Assembly (NCBI GenBank): GCA_964581425.1
Contig: CAZOOM010000003.1
Coordinates: 1-56,646 of the forward strand
Length of the DNA stretch: 56,646 nucleotides
Reading direction: 5' to 3'
DNA from: an uncultured bacterium
Lineage (GTDB): Bacteria > Omnitrophota > Omnitrophia > Omnitrophales > Aquincolibacteriaceae
Part shown: one piece after another, positions 20,018 to 29,473 of the stretch
Numbering within the stretch: the first letter of the stretch is position 1
How the letters are laid out: each line of letters begins with the position of its first letter
Notes under the pieces: model-generated
Told to the model about the DNA's origin: nothing
The model's database searches: none
Seen by the model: the letters and a program-made list of their open reading frames with translations, nothing else
Made by a program: the position numbers and the translations under genes

Positions 20018-20839
20018 ATGAAAAAGAAAAATCTGTCCTCCCTGCGTTTCCACAAAATGGTTGCCTCAGGCAATGACTTTATCGTGGTGGATAATCGTCG
20101 CGGAGTGATTAAGCACCCAAAAAATTTTGCAGCCGAAGTGTGTCAAATTCATCATGGCATTGGCGCAGATGGAGTTTTACTCCTGGAAAATTCTAAAAAG
20201 GCTGCTTTTAAAATGCGCATTATTAATTCTGATGGTTCTGAGGCGGAAGCTTGTGGCAATGGATTTCGTTGTATCGCCCTTTATGCCTATGAGCGTTTGG
20301 GTTTGCCGCATCATTTCCAGTTTGAATCGCTGGCTGGAATATTATCTGCAGAGGTTACGGCGCCTCGCGTCAAAGTAGGCATGGTGCAACCTAAGGATTA
20401 CCGGACGCGGCAAACCCTTGAAGTTTCAGGAAATCGCCTGCACTACTCATTCATTAACACGGGCGTTCCTCATGCGGTTATTCTTGTCGAAGGTTTGGCA
20501 AAAATCGATGTTGAAAATCTTGGAAGAGCCGTGCGCGAGCATCGTGCTTTTAAACCCAAAGGAACCAATGTGAATTTTGTAGAAGTTAAAAACAATCACG
20601 AAATCCAAGTACGCACGTATGAGCGGGGAGTGGAAAAAGAGACCTTGGCGTGCGGAACCGGATCCACGGCTTCTGCTTTGATCACTGCTCTTGCAGGATA
20701 CACAAAATCTCCGGTGGCGGTGCATACGAGCGGCGGAGAAGTTTTGAAAATTGGTTTCCAAATTACGAGTTCAAAAATTTTAGATGTATCGCTTGAAGGT
20801 GAAGCAAAAATTGTTTACGAAGGAGTTTTGGTGTCATGA
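20018..20839 (+). CDS. dapF: Diaminopimelate epimerase
   Basis: Motifs GNDFIVVD, ACGNG and CGTGS include the two catalytic cysteines. Confidence 0.9.
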   Translation: MKKKNLSSLRFHKMVASGNDFIVVDNRRGVIKHPKNFAAEVCQIHHGIGADGVLLLENSKKAAFKMRIINSDGSEAEACGNGFRCIALYAYERLGLPHHFQFESLAGILSAEVTAPRVKVGMVQPKDYRTRQTLEVSGNRLHYSFINTGVPHAVILVEGLAKIDVENLGRAVREHRAFKPKGTNVNFVEVKNNHEIQVRTYERGVEKETLACGTGSTASALITALAGYTKSPVAVHTSGGEVLKIGFQITSSKILDVSLEGEAKIVYEGVLVS

Positions 20840-21618
20840 CAAATCAAAGAAAAATTTTTCAAGGTTCGATGGTTGCCCTTGTGACGCCATTTAAAAATAA
20901 TGAGATTGATGAGAAGTCTCTTGCAAAGCTTCTTGATTTTCATCTTCAAGCAAAAACGGATGTGATTATTCCTTGCGGCACGACCGGAGAATCTCCAACC
21001 ATGACGCATGATGAGCACCGGCGTGTCATGTCATTTGTTGTGGACTATGTCAAAGGCCGTGCCACGGTGATTTGCGGGGCGGGATCCAACTCGACCCAGG
21101 AAGGCTTGGGTTTGATCCAGCATGCTGAAAAAATCAAAGCCGATGGTGTTCTTGTCGTCACTCCTTATTACAACAAGCCAACCCAGGAAGGTCTTTTCCG
21201 ACATTACAGTTATTTGGCGGAAAAATCAAACATCCCCATAGTGCTTTACAATGTTCCTGGACGTACGGGAATTAATTTGATGCCTGAAACCGTGGCGCGT
21301 CTTTATCAAAAATTTGAAAATATTGTTGCGGTCAAAGAAGCGAGTGGAAACTTAGATCAAGCCGATCAAATTCTCCAACTTTGCGATATTACGGTTTTGT
21401 CAGGAGAAGATTCTCTGACTATGCCGCTCATGGCGATGGGTGCGAAGGGCGTGATTTCAGTGACTGCGAATGTGGTTCCCGTGTTGGTGCGTGAGATGGT
21501 GCATGCTGCGCTTGAGGGGAATTGGACAAAGGCCCGTGAACTTCACAGAAAACATTATCCTTTAGCAAAAACACTTTTTGTGGAAACCAATCCGATTCCC
21601 GTGAAAGCGGCGTTGTGA
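20836..21618 (+). CDS. dapA: 4-hydroxy-tetrahydrodipicolinate synthase, as read to the first stop (260 codons)
   Basis: Motifs TPF, GTTGES and VKEASG (Schiff-base Lys) are present, then NPIPVKAAL followed by TGA at 21616-21618. A normal DapA is about 290 aa. Confidence 0.9.
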   Translation: MTNQRKIFQGSMVALVTPFKNNEIDEKSLAKLLDFHLQAKTDVIIPCGTTGESPTMTHDEHRRVMSFVVDYVKGRATVICGAGSNSTQEGLGLIQHAEKIKADGVLVVTPYYNKPTQEGLFRHYSYLAEKSNIPIVLYNVPGRTGINLMPETVARLYQKFENIVAVKEASGNLDQADQILQLCDITVLSGEDSLTMPLMAMGAKGVISVTANVVPVLVREMVHAALEGNWTKARELHRKHYPLAKTLFVETNPIPVKAAL

Positions 21619-21726
21619 CTGATGAAAATGATTCATCCTGAGCTGAGACTTCCTCTTTGCGATATCAGCCGGGAAAATCTTTCAAAGGTTCAGCAAGTTC
21701 TTAAGAATTTAGGGGTGATCTCATGA
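21619..21726 (+). other. dapA: In-frame continuation of dapA past the TGA, encoding the missing conserved DapA C-terminus
   Basis: Thirty-five sense codons follow in the same frame (LMKMIHPELRLPLCDISRENLSKVQQVLKNLGVIS). This matches the usual ...LMG.I..ELRLPL.P.S... DapA tail. It ends at TGA 21724-21726, which overlaps the dapB ATG (ATGA). Confidence 0.75.
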
Positions 21727-22523
21727 CGCGTATCGCGGTTGCAGGGGCTTTGGGACGGATGGGGCGCGCTATTTTGATCGCTGCCTCAAAAGATAAAAAC
21801 TTAAAAATCACGGGAGCGCTTGAAACTTCCTCTTGCCCGGATCTTGGAAAAGATATTGGAGCACTTTTGGGTCTTGGAAATTCAGGCCTCTTGCTTAGCG
21901 CAGATCTTTCAAGCGTTTTAAAAAACTCAGATGTGCTCATTGATTTTACGCATCCTACGGTAACGCTGTCTTTTTTAAAGGCTGCGGTGGAACATCGAAA
22001 AGGTCTTGTGATTGGAACCACTGGACTTAATGCTGAAATGTTATCTGAAATAAAAAAAGCTTCTCAGGTGATTCCTGTAGTTCAATCTCCCAACATGAGT
22101 GTGGGAGTGAATCTGCTTTTTAAGCTTACCGAGCTCACGGGTAAAATCTTGGATGCTTCTTATGATGTTGAAGTTTCTGAAATCCACCACCGCATGAAAA
22201 AAGATTCTCCAAGCGGGACCGCGGTCAAGCTGCTCGAGATTCTTGCCAAGGCTCGGGGCAGAGATTTGGACAAGGATGTAGTTTATGGACGCGAAGGAGA
22301 AGTCGGAGCCAGGTCCGCTGGCCAAATCGGCGTTTCTGCTCTACGGGGCGGGGATGTGGTAGGGGATCATACGGTCTTCTTCTTCGGTGATGGCGAAAGA
22401 ATAGAACTTACCCACAAAGCATCCTCTCGTGATGCCCTTGCATTAGGTGCCCTTAAGGCTGCAAAATATGTTGCCTCGGGTAGCAAAGGCTTTTATACTA
22501 TGCAAGATGTTTTAGGCATTTAA
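21723..22523 (+). CDS. dapB: 4-hydroxy-tetrahydrodipicolinate reductase
   Basis: It has a GAxGRMG Rossmann start and the EIHHRMKKDSPSGTA motif. Confidence 0.9.
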   Translation: MTRIAVAGALGRMGRAILIAASKDKNLKITGALETSSCPDLGKDIGALLGLGNSGLLLSADLSSVLKNSDVLIDFTHPTVTLSFLKAAVEHRKGLVIGTTGLNAEMLSEIKKASQVIPVVQSPNMSVGVNLLFKLTELTGKILDASYDVEVSEIHHRMKKDSPSGTAVKLLEILAKARGRDLDKDVVYGREGEVGARSAGQIGVSALRGGDVVGDHTVFFFGDGERIELTHKASSRDALALGALKAAKYVASGSKGFYTMQDVLGI

Positions 22524-22615
22524 GTTAGAGATACTTTCTACCGATAACTTAGTGTCAATCCGCATCGAAGAAAATTTACAATTAAAGTTTTATAATCTTT
22601 TTCGCGGGGATTATT

Positions 22616-24184
22616 TTGCGTTGTACTAAAATTCTTGCATTCTCTTTGGCGTGTTTTTTTTCAAGCCCGTTCCTTTTTGCTGCTTCGGAAAAAAATAGCG
22701 CACCTGCATCGAGTGGCGCTCAAAGTCCAAATTTATTTGCGCAGCAATTTTTTCTTTCCTCAGCGCAGCAAGTCAATCAGCAAACCTATTTGATTGATGG
22801 ATTTGCCTTTTTAGAAACTCCGGATCAGGCTCATAACAGCCGCTACTCCATCATTACTGATTTTGGAAAAAAAATGGTGAAGAGTCAGGTGGTTCCGGGC
22901 CTTCAATCGGTTCCTGATATTAAAACTTGGCTCAAAGATCATGTAGAGTCGAGCGATTATCAAGGGGTTGAGATTCGAAAAATTTCTTTACCCGTGGCGG
23001 ATCAAGGTGAAAAACCTCGCTATTGGATCGGGCAGAAAAGTTTTCTCGATCTCGATCATGCTAAGCAGGAAATCGAACAATTAAAAGCGGTGATCGAAGC
23101 CCAGGGGGGAGATATTTCCAAAGCCGCGCGAGAAGCTCAAGAATTTTACAAAGCTCCGGAAGATGAAGGCACGGCAGAAATCGGATGTGGATCCAACTGT
23201 CAAAAAGAAGAAGCCATCATGGTGGCGATTCTTGAGAAGATGGATTTTGGCGACAAGCTTTTTGGACCGCTTCAGGGAACAACCACAGGTGAGCCCATCA
23301 TCTGGAGATCTTTTGGTGAAACCGCCTGGCGTAAAACTGTTTTTGAATCTGAAACTTACAGCGCTGCAGTCGGTTATTGGACCAACCAAGTTGTTTTTGA
23401 AGGACTCAAATTTCCTCTTCACACCATTGATCCTTATCTTGAAATCACCACAGCACTTGATTCAACCGGAATTGATTTCAAATCCAATATGATCGGCACT
23501 GTAGGTGCAGAATGGCGTCCGCTTGCGCGAAATCCCTGGCTTGTCAATTTTCAACCTTACGGGATTCCGCTTTTGGAATGGGCGCGCAACATACGTTTCT
23601 ACACTCAGTACAGTAATCGATGGAATATCAAAGGTGAAATTCTGAATGCCCGCAACTATGATTTGCAGGCTGGTATTTCGCTTTTTTATGAATTTGGGAT
23701 TGATCTTCCTCCCATTGATCAAGGCGGGCCTACCAAGATGTCTGAATATATTCGTGAATACGTTTGGGGCGAACTTTATGGGAATTATTATTATTCTAAG
23801 ACCGGATTTTCTTCTGAGGATGATTATGACGCTTTGATTGCCAACTCTTCGATCACGCTTGGATTTAAAACTCCTGCTGTGCATTTACCTGACAATGTTT
23901 TCTTTGATCAAATTGTCCTCATGCCCTACATGCGCTTCGAGCATGTGAATAATGACCAGTTTTCATTTCCTTACTCCAATCGTTATTTTGTAGCAGCTGG
24001 CGTCCGTTGGATGCCTTTCCGCACTTACAAGCATAAAAATAATGAATGGCTTGCGAAGCTCAAAGTTTTTGGCGAGTACGCAGGGATTGGGGACGCTCAA
24101 AACGTGAAGCAGGACGAGGAAGCCCCCAATGCCATTACTCATGATTTGATGTTTGGCGTGAAATTTTCGAGCAATCGTTATTAA
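22616..24184 (+). CDS. Signal-peptide protein with probable C-terminal outer-membrane beta-barrel
   Basis: It has a TTG start and signal peptide LAFSLACFFSSPFLFA. The C-terminal half has alternating aromatic beta-strand patterns and ends ...KFSSNRY. Confidence 0.55.
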   Translation: MRCTKILAFSLACFFSSPFLFAASEKNSAPASSGAQSPNLFAQQFFLSSAQQVNQQTYLIDGFAFLETPDQAHNSRYSIITDFGKKMVKSQVVPGLQSVPDIKTWLKDHVESSDYQGVEIRKISLPVADQGEKPRYWIGQKSFLDLDHAKQEIEQLKAVIEAQGGDISKAAREAQEFYKAPEDEGTAEIGCGSNCQKEEAIMVAILEKMDFGDKLFGPLQGTTTGEPIIWRSFGETAWRKTVFESETYSAAVGYWTNQVVFEGLKFPLHTIDPYLEITTALDSTGIDFKSNMIGTVGAEWRPLARNPWLVNFQPYGIPLLEWARNIRFYTQYSNRWNIKGEILNARNYDLQAGISLFYEFGIDLPPIDQGGPTKMSEYIREYVWGELYGNYYYSKTGFSSEDDYDALIANSSITLGFKTPAVHLPDNVFFDQIVLMPYMRFEHVNNDQFSFPYSNRYFVAAGVRWMPFRTYKHKNNEWLAKLKVFGEYAGIGDAQNVKQDEEAPNAITHDLMFGVKFSSNRY

Positions 24185-24194
24185 TCAAAATCTT

Positions 24195-27100
24195 ATGGCA
24201 ATGAAATCTGAATCAAAAAAATCTCTTTCTGAGAGGGCGGGCTTAAGTAACAGCCTGTCCCCTCAGGGGAATAAATCAAAAAAAATCTGCAGCTTGGGCA
24301 GAATTTTTCTCCTCTCTTTTTTCCTTTTTGGAATTTGGAGTGCGAGCGCATTTGCGAACGTGATCCGCAATCCTAGTTTTGAAGAAGAGATTGATGGGGC
24401 CTCCAACTGGGACAAAACCAATGGTGCCGATCGGATTGATGTCGCTGCGGTGCTAACTAACCCTTTTCCTGATGGAAGCTGGGCTCTAAAGCTTGATAGT
24501 GCAGCTTCTGATGATTTTACTTTTGAAGTTCGCGATGGTGTCAAAGAAGGCGATCTGATTGTCTTTACTGCACGAGCTGAATCAAATATTCCTGTAGGCG
24601 GTGGAGCTCAGGGCGGTCTCATGTGCGTGGAATATAAAAAAGCCAATGAGTTTGGAACGGATCAACTCGTGACAAGTACTTGCTCGGATTACATCACGAC
24701 GGCTAATGCACCAGAAGGCGGCGGAACGGCTTTCCCTCGATTTACTGTGCGAACGACAGTGCCCCCGAATGCCGATCGACTTGTTTTTGTTTTAAAAACC
24801 CGCGGGAATGTTGGCGGTGGAAGTTATGTGGTTTTTGATGATGTGAGTGCGGATATCAATCCAGCAGCCATGTCGGTGGTCTCTTCGAAAACCCATGTCA
24901 AGCCCGGGGAAGTTGTGACCTTCTTCATGCAGTTTCAAAATAAAGTGGGTGTGGCGTTTAACGGCGTGGAAATCCTTTCTGAACTTCCTCCTGGGTTTGA
25001 TCTGGTTCAAAACAGTGTGCGTTTAAATGATCAAACTGTGGGATGGCGGGAAGGTTCTTTGATTATTCCAGTTGGAACTGTGCAAGCAAGTGAGCGAGTG
25101 ACGGCTGCCTTTCAACTTGTGGCCACACGCGGAGTCACGATTGGAAAATCCTACGAAGTCATTCTTCGAATTCGGGATGCTTCAGGCAATCTTTCTGAAG
25201 AAACCCACATGCGCTTAGTGGTGGAAGGGGATCCTGTTTTTGATGAAGGCACCATTGTTGGAAAAGTTTTCAACGATACCAATAAAAACGGAAAACAGGA
25301 TAACGGGGAAAAAGGCGTGCCGGGTGTCCGTTTAGCGACTGAAGAAGGCGTTGTGATTTTTACGGATAATAATGGGATGTATCACATCCCAGCGGTAAAA
25401 CCTGGAAGGCACGTGGTCAAAATTGATGGCCACAGTTTGCCTGATTGCACGCAGTACATTACCGAAGAAAGTCTTCTGGTTAAAACCACTCCTGGAATCA
25501 TGAACAAAGCAAGTTTCGCGGTTTTTATCCCGGATTCTGCCATGCCTAAAGAGTTTGGAGATGAGCTGCAGGTCATGGTGACTCAAGGCCTCGATACTTC
25601 TCATCCTGTTTTAGGCGTGAACATTAATTCTTCGATCATTCGTCTTGGCGTTGGGAAATTGGCGCACGATGCGGTTTTTCATTTTACAACCAATTACGCG
25701 GATTTTGCCAAACAGTGGTATCTCGAAATTCGCGATGAAATGGGCCGTGAAATCTGGACCGGCTTTGGTGTCTCGGCGCCTCCCAGTGAAGTGGTCTGGA
25801 GCGGTCAGATGGAAAATGGACTCGTGATTCCAGAAGGACTTTATTCTTATCAACTTAAAATGGAAGATAAGGACGGACTTCAAGATTGGAGCCCGCTTTA
25901 TTTTTTCCGCGTCATTCCGGCGAATGCTTCCAAGCTTGAAGAAAAAAGAGAGATCGAAATTCCTCCTGTCGGAGATTTCAATTTATTTAAAGATGGAAAG
26001 AAGTCCATTCCACTTGTGGCAAAACCTACAGTAAGAATTCAAGGCAATACCAAACCGGGTTACACAGTCATGGTGAATACCTATCCGGTTCCCGTGGATT
26101 CTACGGGCCATTTTTCTACGGAAATTTATACTAGCCCGGGTGAACGTGATATTCGCGTGGTGGCAACCAGTCCTGCCGGAGAAAGTATTGCGTATCAAAA
26201 CAAAGTCAAAGTCAAAGACAGCACGTTTTTCATGGCTGGACTTTCTGAAGGTCAGGGCGGAGTTAATTTCCAGGATGGATCGCTGGATGCAGCAGGAAAG
26301 GATGAATCTCTTAAAAAGGAACTCTACACCGACGGACGTCTTGCTTATTATTTAAAAGGAAAACTCAAAGGAAAATTTTTAATCAAATCTCATTACGATA
26401 CTGCGGACAAACGCTCGGCCCTTTTTACTAATCTTGATCCGGATTCTTATTATCCGGTTTACGGCGATAACTCCACGCGGGAATATGATGCGGACAGCGA
26501 GCAGCGATTTTACGTACTGGTCGAAATGGATAGGTCTTTTGCCAAGTGGGGAAGTTTCAAGACGGCTTTTACAGATACCGAACTTGCCACTTACAACCGC
26601 ACGCTTTCCGGCGCCAAACTTCATTTTGAAACCAAGTCAGCCACCAAGTACGGCGATCCTAAACGCGGAGTCACAGCTTTTTCTGCCAAGAGCGAACACC
26701 GTGCAGATCACAATGAGTTTGTTTCGACCGGTGGATCTCTTTACTATCTTCGCAATCGTCTGGTGATTGAAGGAAGCGAAAAAATCCGTGTTGAAACCCG
26801 GGACAAAATCCAAGGCATGCCGCTTTCGAGTGTGGATTTAACCGAAGGCACGGATTACGAAATTGATTACGAGCAGGGGCGTATTATTTTGAATCGTTCC
26901 ATTAACTCCTACGCCCAGTCGGATGTTCTTTTAAATAATGATATTGTTTCTGGCAACGAAATCTTTTTGATCGTGGACTACGAATATGATCCGGGATTTA
27001 ATTCCTACGATCCGGACAATCGTGGTATTCGAGGCTACACGCATTTAGGTCAGCATATTCGAGTCGGTGCCACGGCGGTGGAAGAAAAGCGCTCAAACGA

Positions 27101-28898
27101 AGATTACGATCTTCGCGGAGTCGATGCGCAAATGAAATTCGGCCGCAATACTAAAGTGACGGCTGAATACGCGGAGTCGCATCTTCAGCAGCAAGAGCAA
27201 GCGGTTTCTTATAACGGCGGCATGACGTTTGGAAATGTAAGTATTCTGAAAACGCCTAGAACGGAAGACCGTCCTGCGGGTTATATGTTCCGGGGCGAAA
27301 CAAAACCTGTGAAGCCGCTCGAACTTTCCGGATATTTACAAGGCATTGAACCGGGTTTTTCAGATAATCAAATGATGAGTCAGGAAGGAAATAAAAAATA
27401 CGGGATTTCCACAAAATTTAAAGCCACTGAGCACGCTTATTTACGATACCGTTATGATTACACCGAAGTTTCAGATCTTTTAAGTCCTTTAGATGAGTTT
27501 AATCTTACAGCGAACTACAATAAAAAAAGAAATCACACGATTGATGCGGTTTATGACGGGGAAAAGATCCTTGCTCAAGCCGAGTACGGTAATCAGCACT
27601 CAGAGCTTCCTGAAACAAGAAGCATTTTGCCTTCCTTTTACTCTTCGGTTCCTTATGAAAATGTGATTTCCGGAAAATTGGGATACCACTTAAACGAGAG
27701 GTTGCTTCCTTACTTGAAGGCTCAAAGTACTTTTCAAGGGGATAAACCCAATCATCAACTTGGCGGCGGAGTGCGTTATCAGCTCATGAATGGGGTGTAC
27801 TCGTACATTGAACAGCTCTTTGGAACCGTGGGCGATTCGACCTTGTTCGGTTTTGAGAAATATCATGATAACGGACTTCGTGATTACACGAATCTCCGCA
27901 TGTGGGATTACGGGTCTGGAATCCAAGGCCTGACTTCGACACTTGGAAGTTCTTATTCTCTTTCACCGAAATCCAGAATTTATGCGGAAAGGGAACACTC
28001 GTCTTATCAATCGTCAGACAGCATGGCAGACGTATTTGGAAATCAAACCACACTTACGGATCACTGGGATTTTGAAGGCAAGTTTGAAAGGCGCAATCTC
28101 AAAGGTTCCACTTTCCGACTTCTGGATAATGTGGCGGAAGCAGGGCTCGATAAGCCGAACACGATTAATACAGCGTCCACGGGATTGGTTTACAATAATC
28201 ACAAGGATTTGAAAGCGAAAATCTTCTTGGAAGGTCGCGCAGATCAGGACACTCCCAATTTGCGTCAGTGGGTTTCGCGCAATTACTTAGATTACAAACT
28301 CACCAAGGATTTGAGCTGGTTTTCCAAATTAGATTATGGGAATACTCGTTTTACCACGCTTTCGAGCAATGCCGCTGATTTTGCGGAAATCAATACGGGT
28401 TTTGCTTACCGTCCTTTGGACAATGATCGCTTGAATATCCTGGCGCGCTACTCCTATCTGCGAAACTTGGGCAATGATCTTCAATTTGATCCAGCTTACC
28501 TTGGCGCGCAATTTGATGATAAGGCCCATATTTGGGCGACTGATATTTCTTATGATCTGACGGATCGTTTGAATATCACAGAAAAAATTGCTTATAAAAC
28601 TGCGATTTCTGATAGTTCAGTGACCAGTCAGGCTATTGTGAACAATCTGCTGTGGGCGCATCGTTTCAATTATCACATTACTCGTAAGTGGGATGTGGCT
28701 CTCGAATATCGTATGCTCTTTCAGACGGATGCGACTGAAACCGTGCGTCACGGGCCGCTTATGGAAATTGATCGTGAAATTTTTGACTATATTCGTTTGG
28801 GAGTAGGGTACAATTTCACAGACTTTAATGATGATCTTAGAAAATCCAACAATTATTCAAGTCACGGACCGTTCATGCGCTTAACAGGGAAGTTCTAA
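24195..28898 (+). CDS. 1,567-aa surface/outer-membrane protein: CBM-like, DUF11-like, SdrD-B-like and Ig-like domains followed by a very large beta-barrel
   Basis: The signal peptide ends ...SASAFA/NV. NPSFEEE..W suggests a CBM4_9-like start, and GKVFNDTNKNGKQDNGEKGVPGV an SdrD B-type repeat. A FlgD-Ig-like block (YSYQLKMEDKDG) follows. About 900 aa of Y/F/G-rich strands end with LTGKF and a terminal Phe. Confidence 0.65.
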   Translation: MAMKSESKKSLSERAGLSNSLSPQGNKSKKICSLGRIFLLSFFLFGIWSASAFANVIRNPSFEEEIDGASNWDKTNGADRIDVAAVLTNPFPDGSWALKLDSAASDDFTFEVRDGVKEGDLIVFTARAESNIPVGGGAQGGLMCVEYKKANEFGTDQLVTSTCSDYITTANAPEGGGTAFPRFTVRTTVPPNADRLVFVLKTRGNVGGGSYVVFDDVSADINPAAMSVVSSKTHVKPGEVVTFFMQFQNKVGVAFNGVEILSELPPGFDLVQNSVRLNDQTVGWREGSLIIPVGTVQASERVTAAFQLVATRGVTIGKSYEVILRIRDASGNLSEETHMRLVVEGDPVFDEGTIVGKVFNDTNKNGKQDNGEKGVPGVRLATEEGVVIFTDNNGMYHIPAVKPGRHVVKIDGHSLPDCTQYITEESLLVKTTPGIMNKASFAVFIPDSAMPKEFGDELQVMVTQGLDTSHPVLGVNINSSIIRLGVGKLAHDAVFHFTTNYADFAKQWYLEIRDEMGREIWTGFGVSAPPSEVVWSGQMENGLVIPEGLYSYQLKMEDKDGLQDWSPLYFFRVIPANASKLEEKREIEIPPVGDFNLFKDGKKSIPLVAKPTVRIQGNTKPGYTVMVNTYPVPVDSTGHFSTEIYTSPGERDIRVVATSPAGESIAYQNKVKVKDSTFFMAGLSEGQGGVNFQDGSLDAAGKDESLKKELYTDGRLAYYLKGKLKGKFLIKSHYDTADKRSALFTNLDPDSYYPVYGDNSTREYDADSEQRFYVLVEMDRSFAKWGSFKTAFTDTELATYNRTLSGAKLHFETKSATKYGDPKRGVTAFSAKSEHRADHNEFVSTGGSLYYLRNRLVIEGSEKIRVETRDKIQGMPLSSVDLTEGTDYEIDYEQGRIILNRSINSYAQSDVLLNNDIVSGNEIFLIVDYEYDPGFNSYDPDNRGIRGYTHLGQHIRVGATAVEEKRSNEDYDLRGVDAQMKFGRNTKVTAEYAESHLQQQEQAVSYNGGMTFGNVSILKTPRTEDRPAGYMFRGETKPVKPLELSGYLQGIEPGFSDNQMMSQEGNKKYGISTKFKATEHAYLRYRYDYTEVSDLLSPLDEFNLTANYNKKRNHTIDAVYDGEKILAQAEYGNQHSELPETRSILPSFYSSVPYENVISGKLGYHLNERLLPYLKAQSTFQGDKPNHQLGGGVRYQLMNGVYSYIEQLFGTVGDSTLFGFEKYHDNGLRDYTNLRMWDYGSGIQGLTSTLGSSYSLSPKSRIYAEREHSSYQSSDSMADVFGNQTTLTDHWDFEGKFERRNLKGSTFRLLDNVAEAGLDKPNTINTASTGLVYNNHKDLKAKIFLEGRADQDTPNLRQWVSRNYLDYKLTKDLSWFSKLDYGNTRFTTLSSNAADFAEINTGFAYRPLDNDRLNILARYSYLRNLGNDLQFDPAYLGAQFDDKAHIWATDISYDLTDRLNITEKIAYKTAISDSSVTSQAIVNNLLWAHRFNYHITRKWDVALEYRMLFQTDATETVRHGPLMEIDREIFDYIRLGVGYNFTDFNDDLRKSNNYSSHGPFMRLTGKF

Positions 28899-28917
28899 TT
28901 TGCTGAGGGAGAGGGCT

Positions 28918-29313
28918 ATGACACGAATTCGTTATTCTGCTGTACTTTGGATGCTGTGCTTGGGAATCATGACCGTAGGTTGCCGCACGACTGATAAGAT
29001 GATAGCCGTTCCTCATGACCAGGTTTTGATTTACGCACTCCCTTATGACTTGGTTTATTTGAAAACCATGGATGCGCTTCAAGATCATGATGATTGGGAA
29101 ATCGAAATCACAGAGAAAGAAAGTGGTGTGATTCGCGTTTACAATACGGCTTACGGAAAACCTAATGATGCCGATGAGCGAACCATCACATTTTTAGTCA
29201 AACGTATTTCTCGAGGAGAAACGTCGATTCAAATTGCTCCAGATGATCAACGGATTCCAGGCGGCGATTCTCTCTTAAAGTTGATCGCCCAGCGTCTAAA
29301 TGATGCGGCCTGA
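28918..29313 (+). CDS. Small lipoprotein
   Basis: ATG 28918 gives MTRIRYSAVLWMLCLGIMTVGC with a lipobox. It lies immediately downstream of the barrel gene. Confidence 0.6.
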   Translation: MTRIRYSAVLWMLCLGIMTVGCRTTDKMIAVPHDQVLIYALPYDLVYLKTMDALQDHDDWEIEITEKESGVIRVYNTAYGKPNDADERTITFLVKRISRGETSIQIAPDDQRIPGGDSLLKLIAQRLNDAA

Positions 29314-29321
29314 TGCTTGAT

Positions 29322-29339
29322 GCGTCTTTGAGAAGACGC
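29322..29339 (+). terminator. 7-bp hairpin after the lipoprotein gene
   Basis: The hairpin is GCGTCTT-tgag-AAGACGC. The T-tract is weak. Confidence 0.35.
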
Positions 29340-29473
29340 AAACGATCCTTTTCCCAGCATTCTCAAAAATGCTAAGGTTCTTTATTTTTTTTGATCCTCG
29401 TGCTTAAATTCTCCCCGGCTTAACGAGTTTGATTAATCGACGCGTATTAAATTCTAATGCAAAAGGGCGAGTG

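Noticed and set aside
21616-21618. Genome-wide TGA reassignment (code 4 or 25), or selenocysteine, as an explanation for the dapA in-frame TGA.
   Set aside because: TGA clearly terminates argJ, argD and lysA at their expected protein ends. The TGA position aligns with a variable, non-Cys, non-catalytic residue of DapA. The downstream hairpin is short and does not resemble a bacterial SECIS as far as I can judge.
29356-29373. The palindrome AGCATT-ctcaaa-AATGCT upstream of uvrA, considered as an SOS/LexA box.
   Set aside because: It matches neither CTGT-N8-ACAG nor GAAC-N4-GTTC type boxes. It is a 6-bp palindrome in AT-rich DNA and is likely a chance occurrence.
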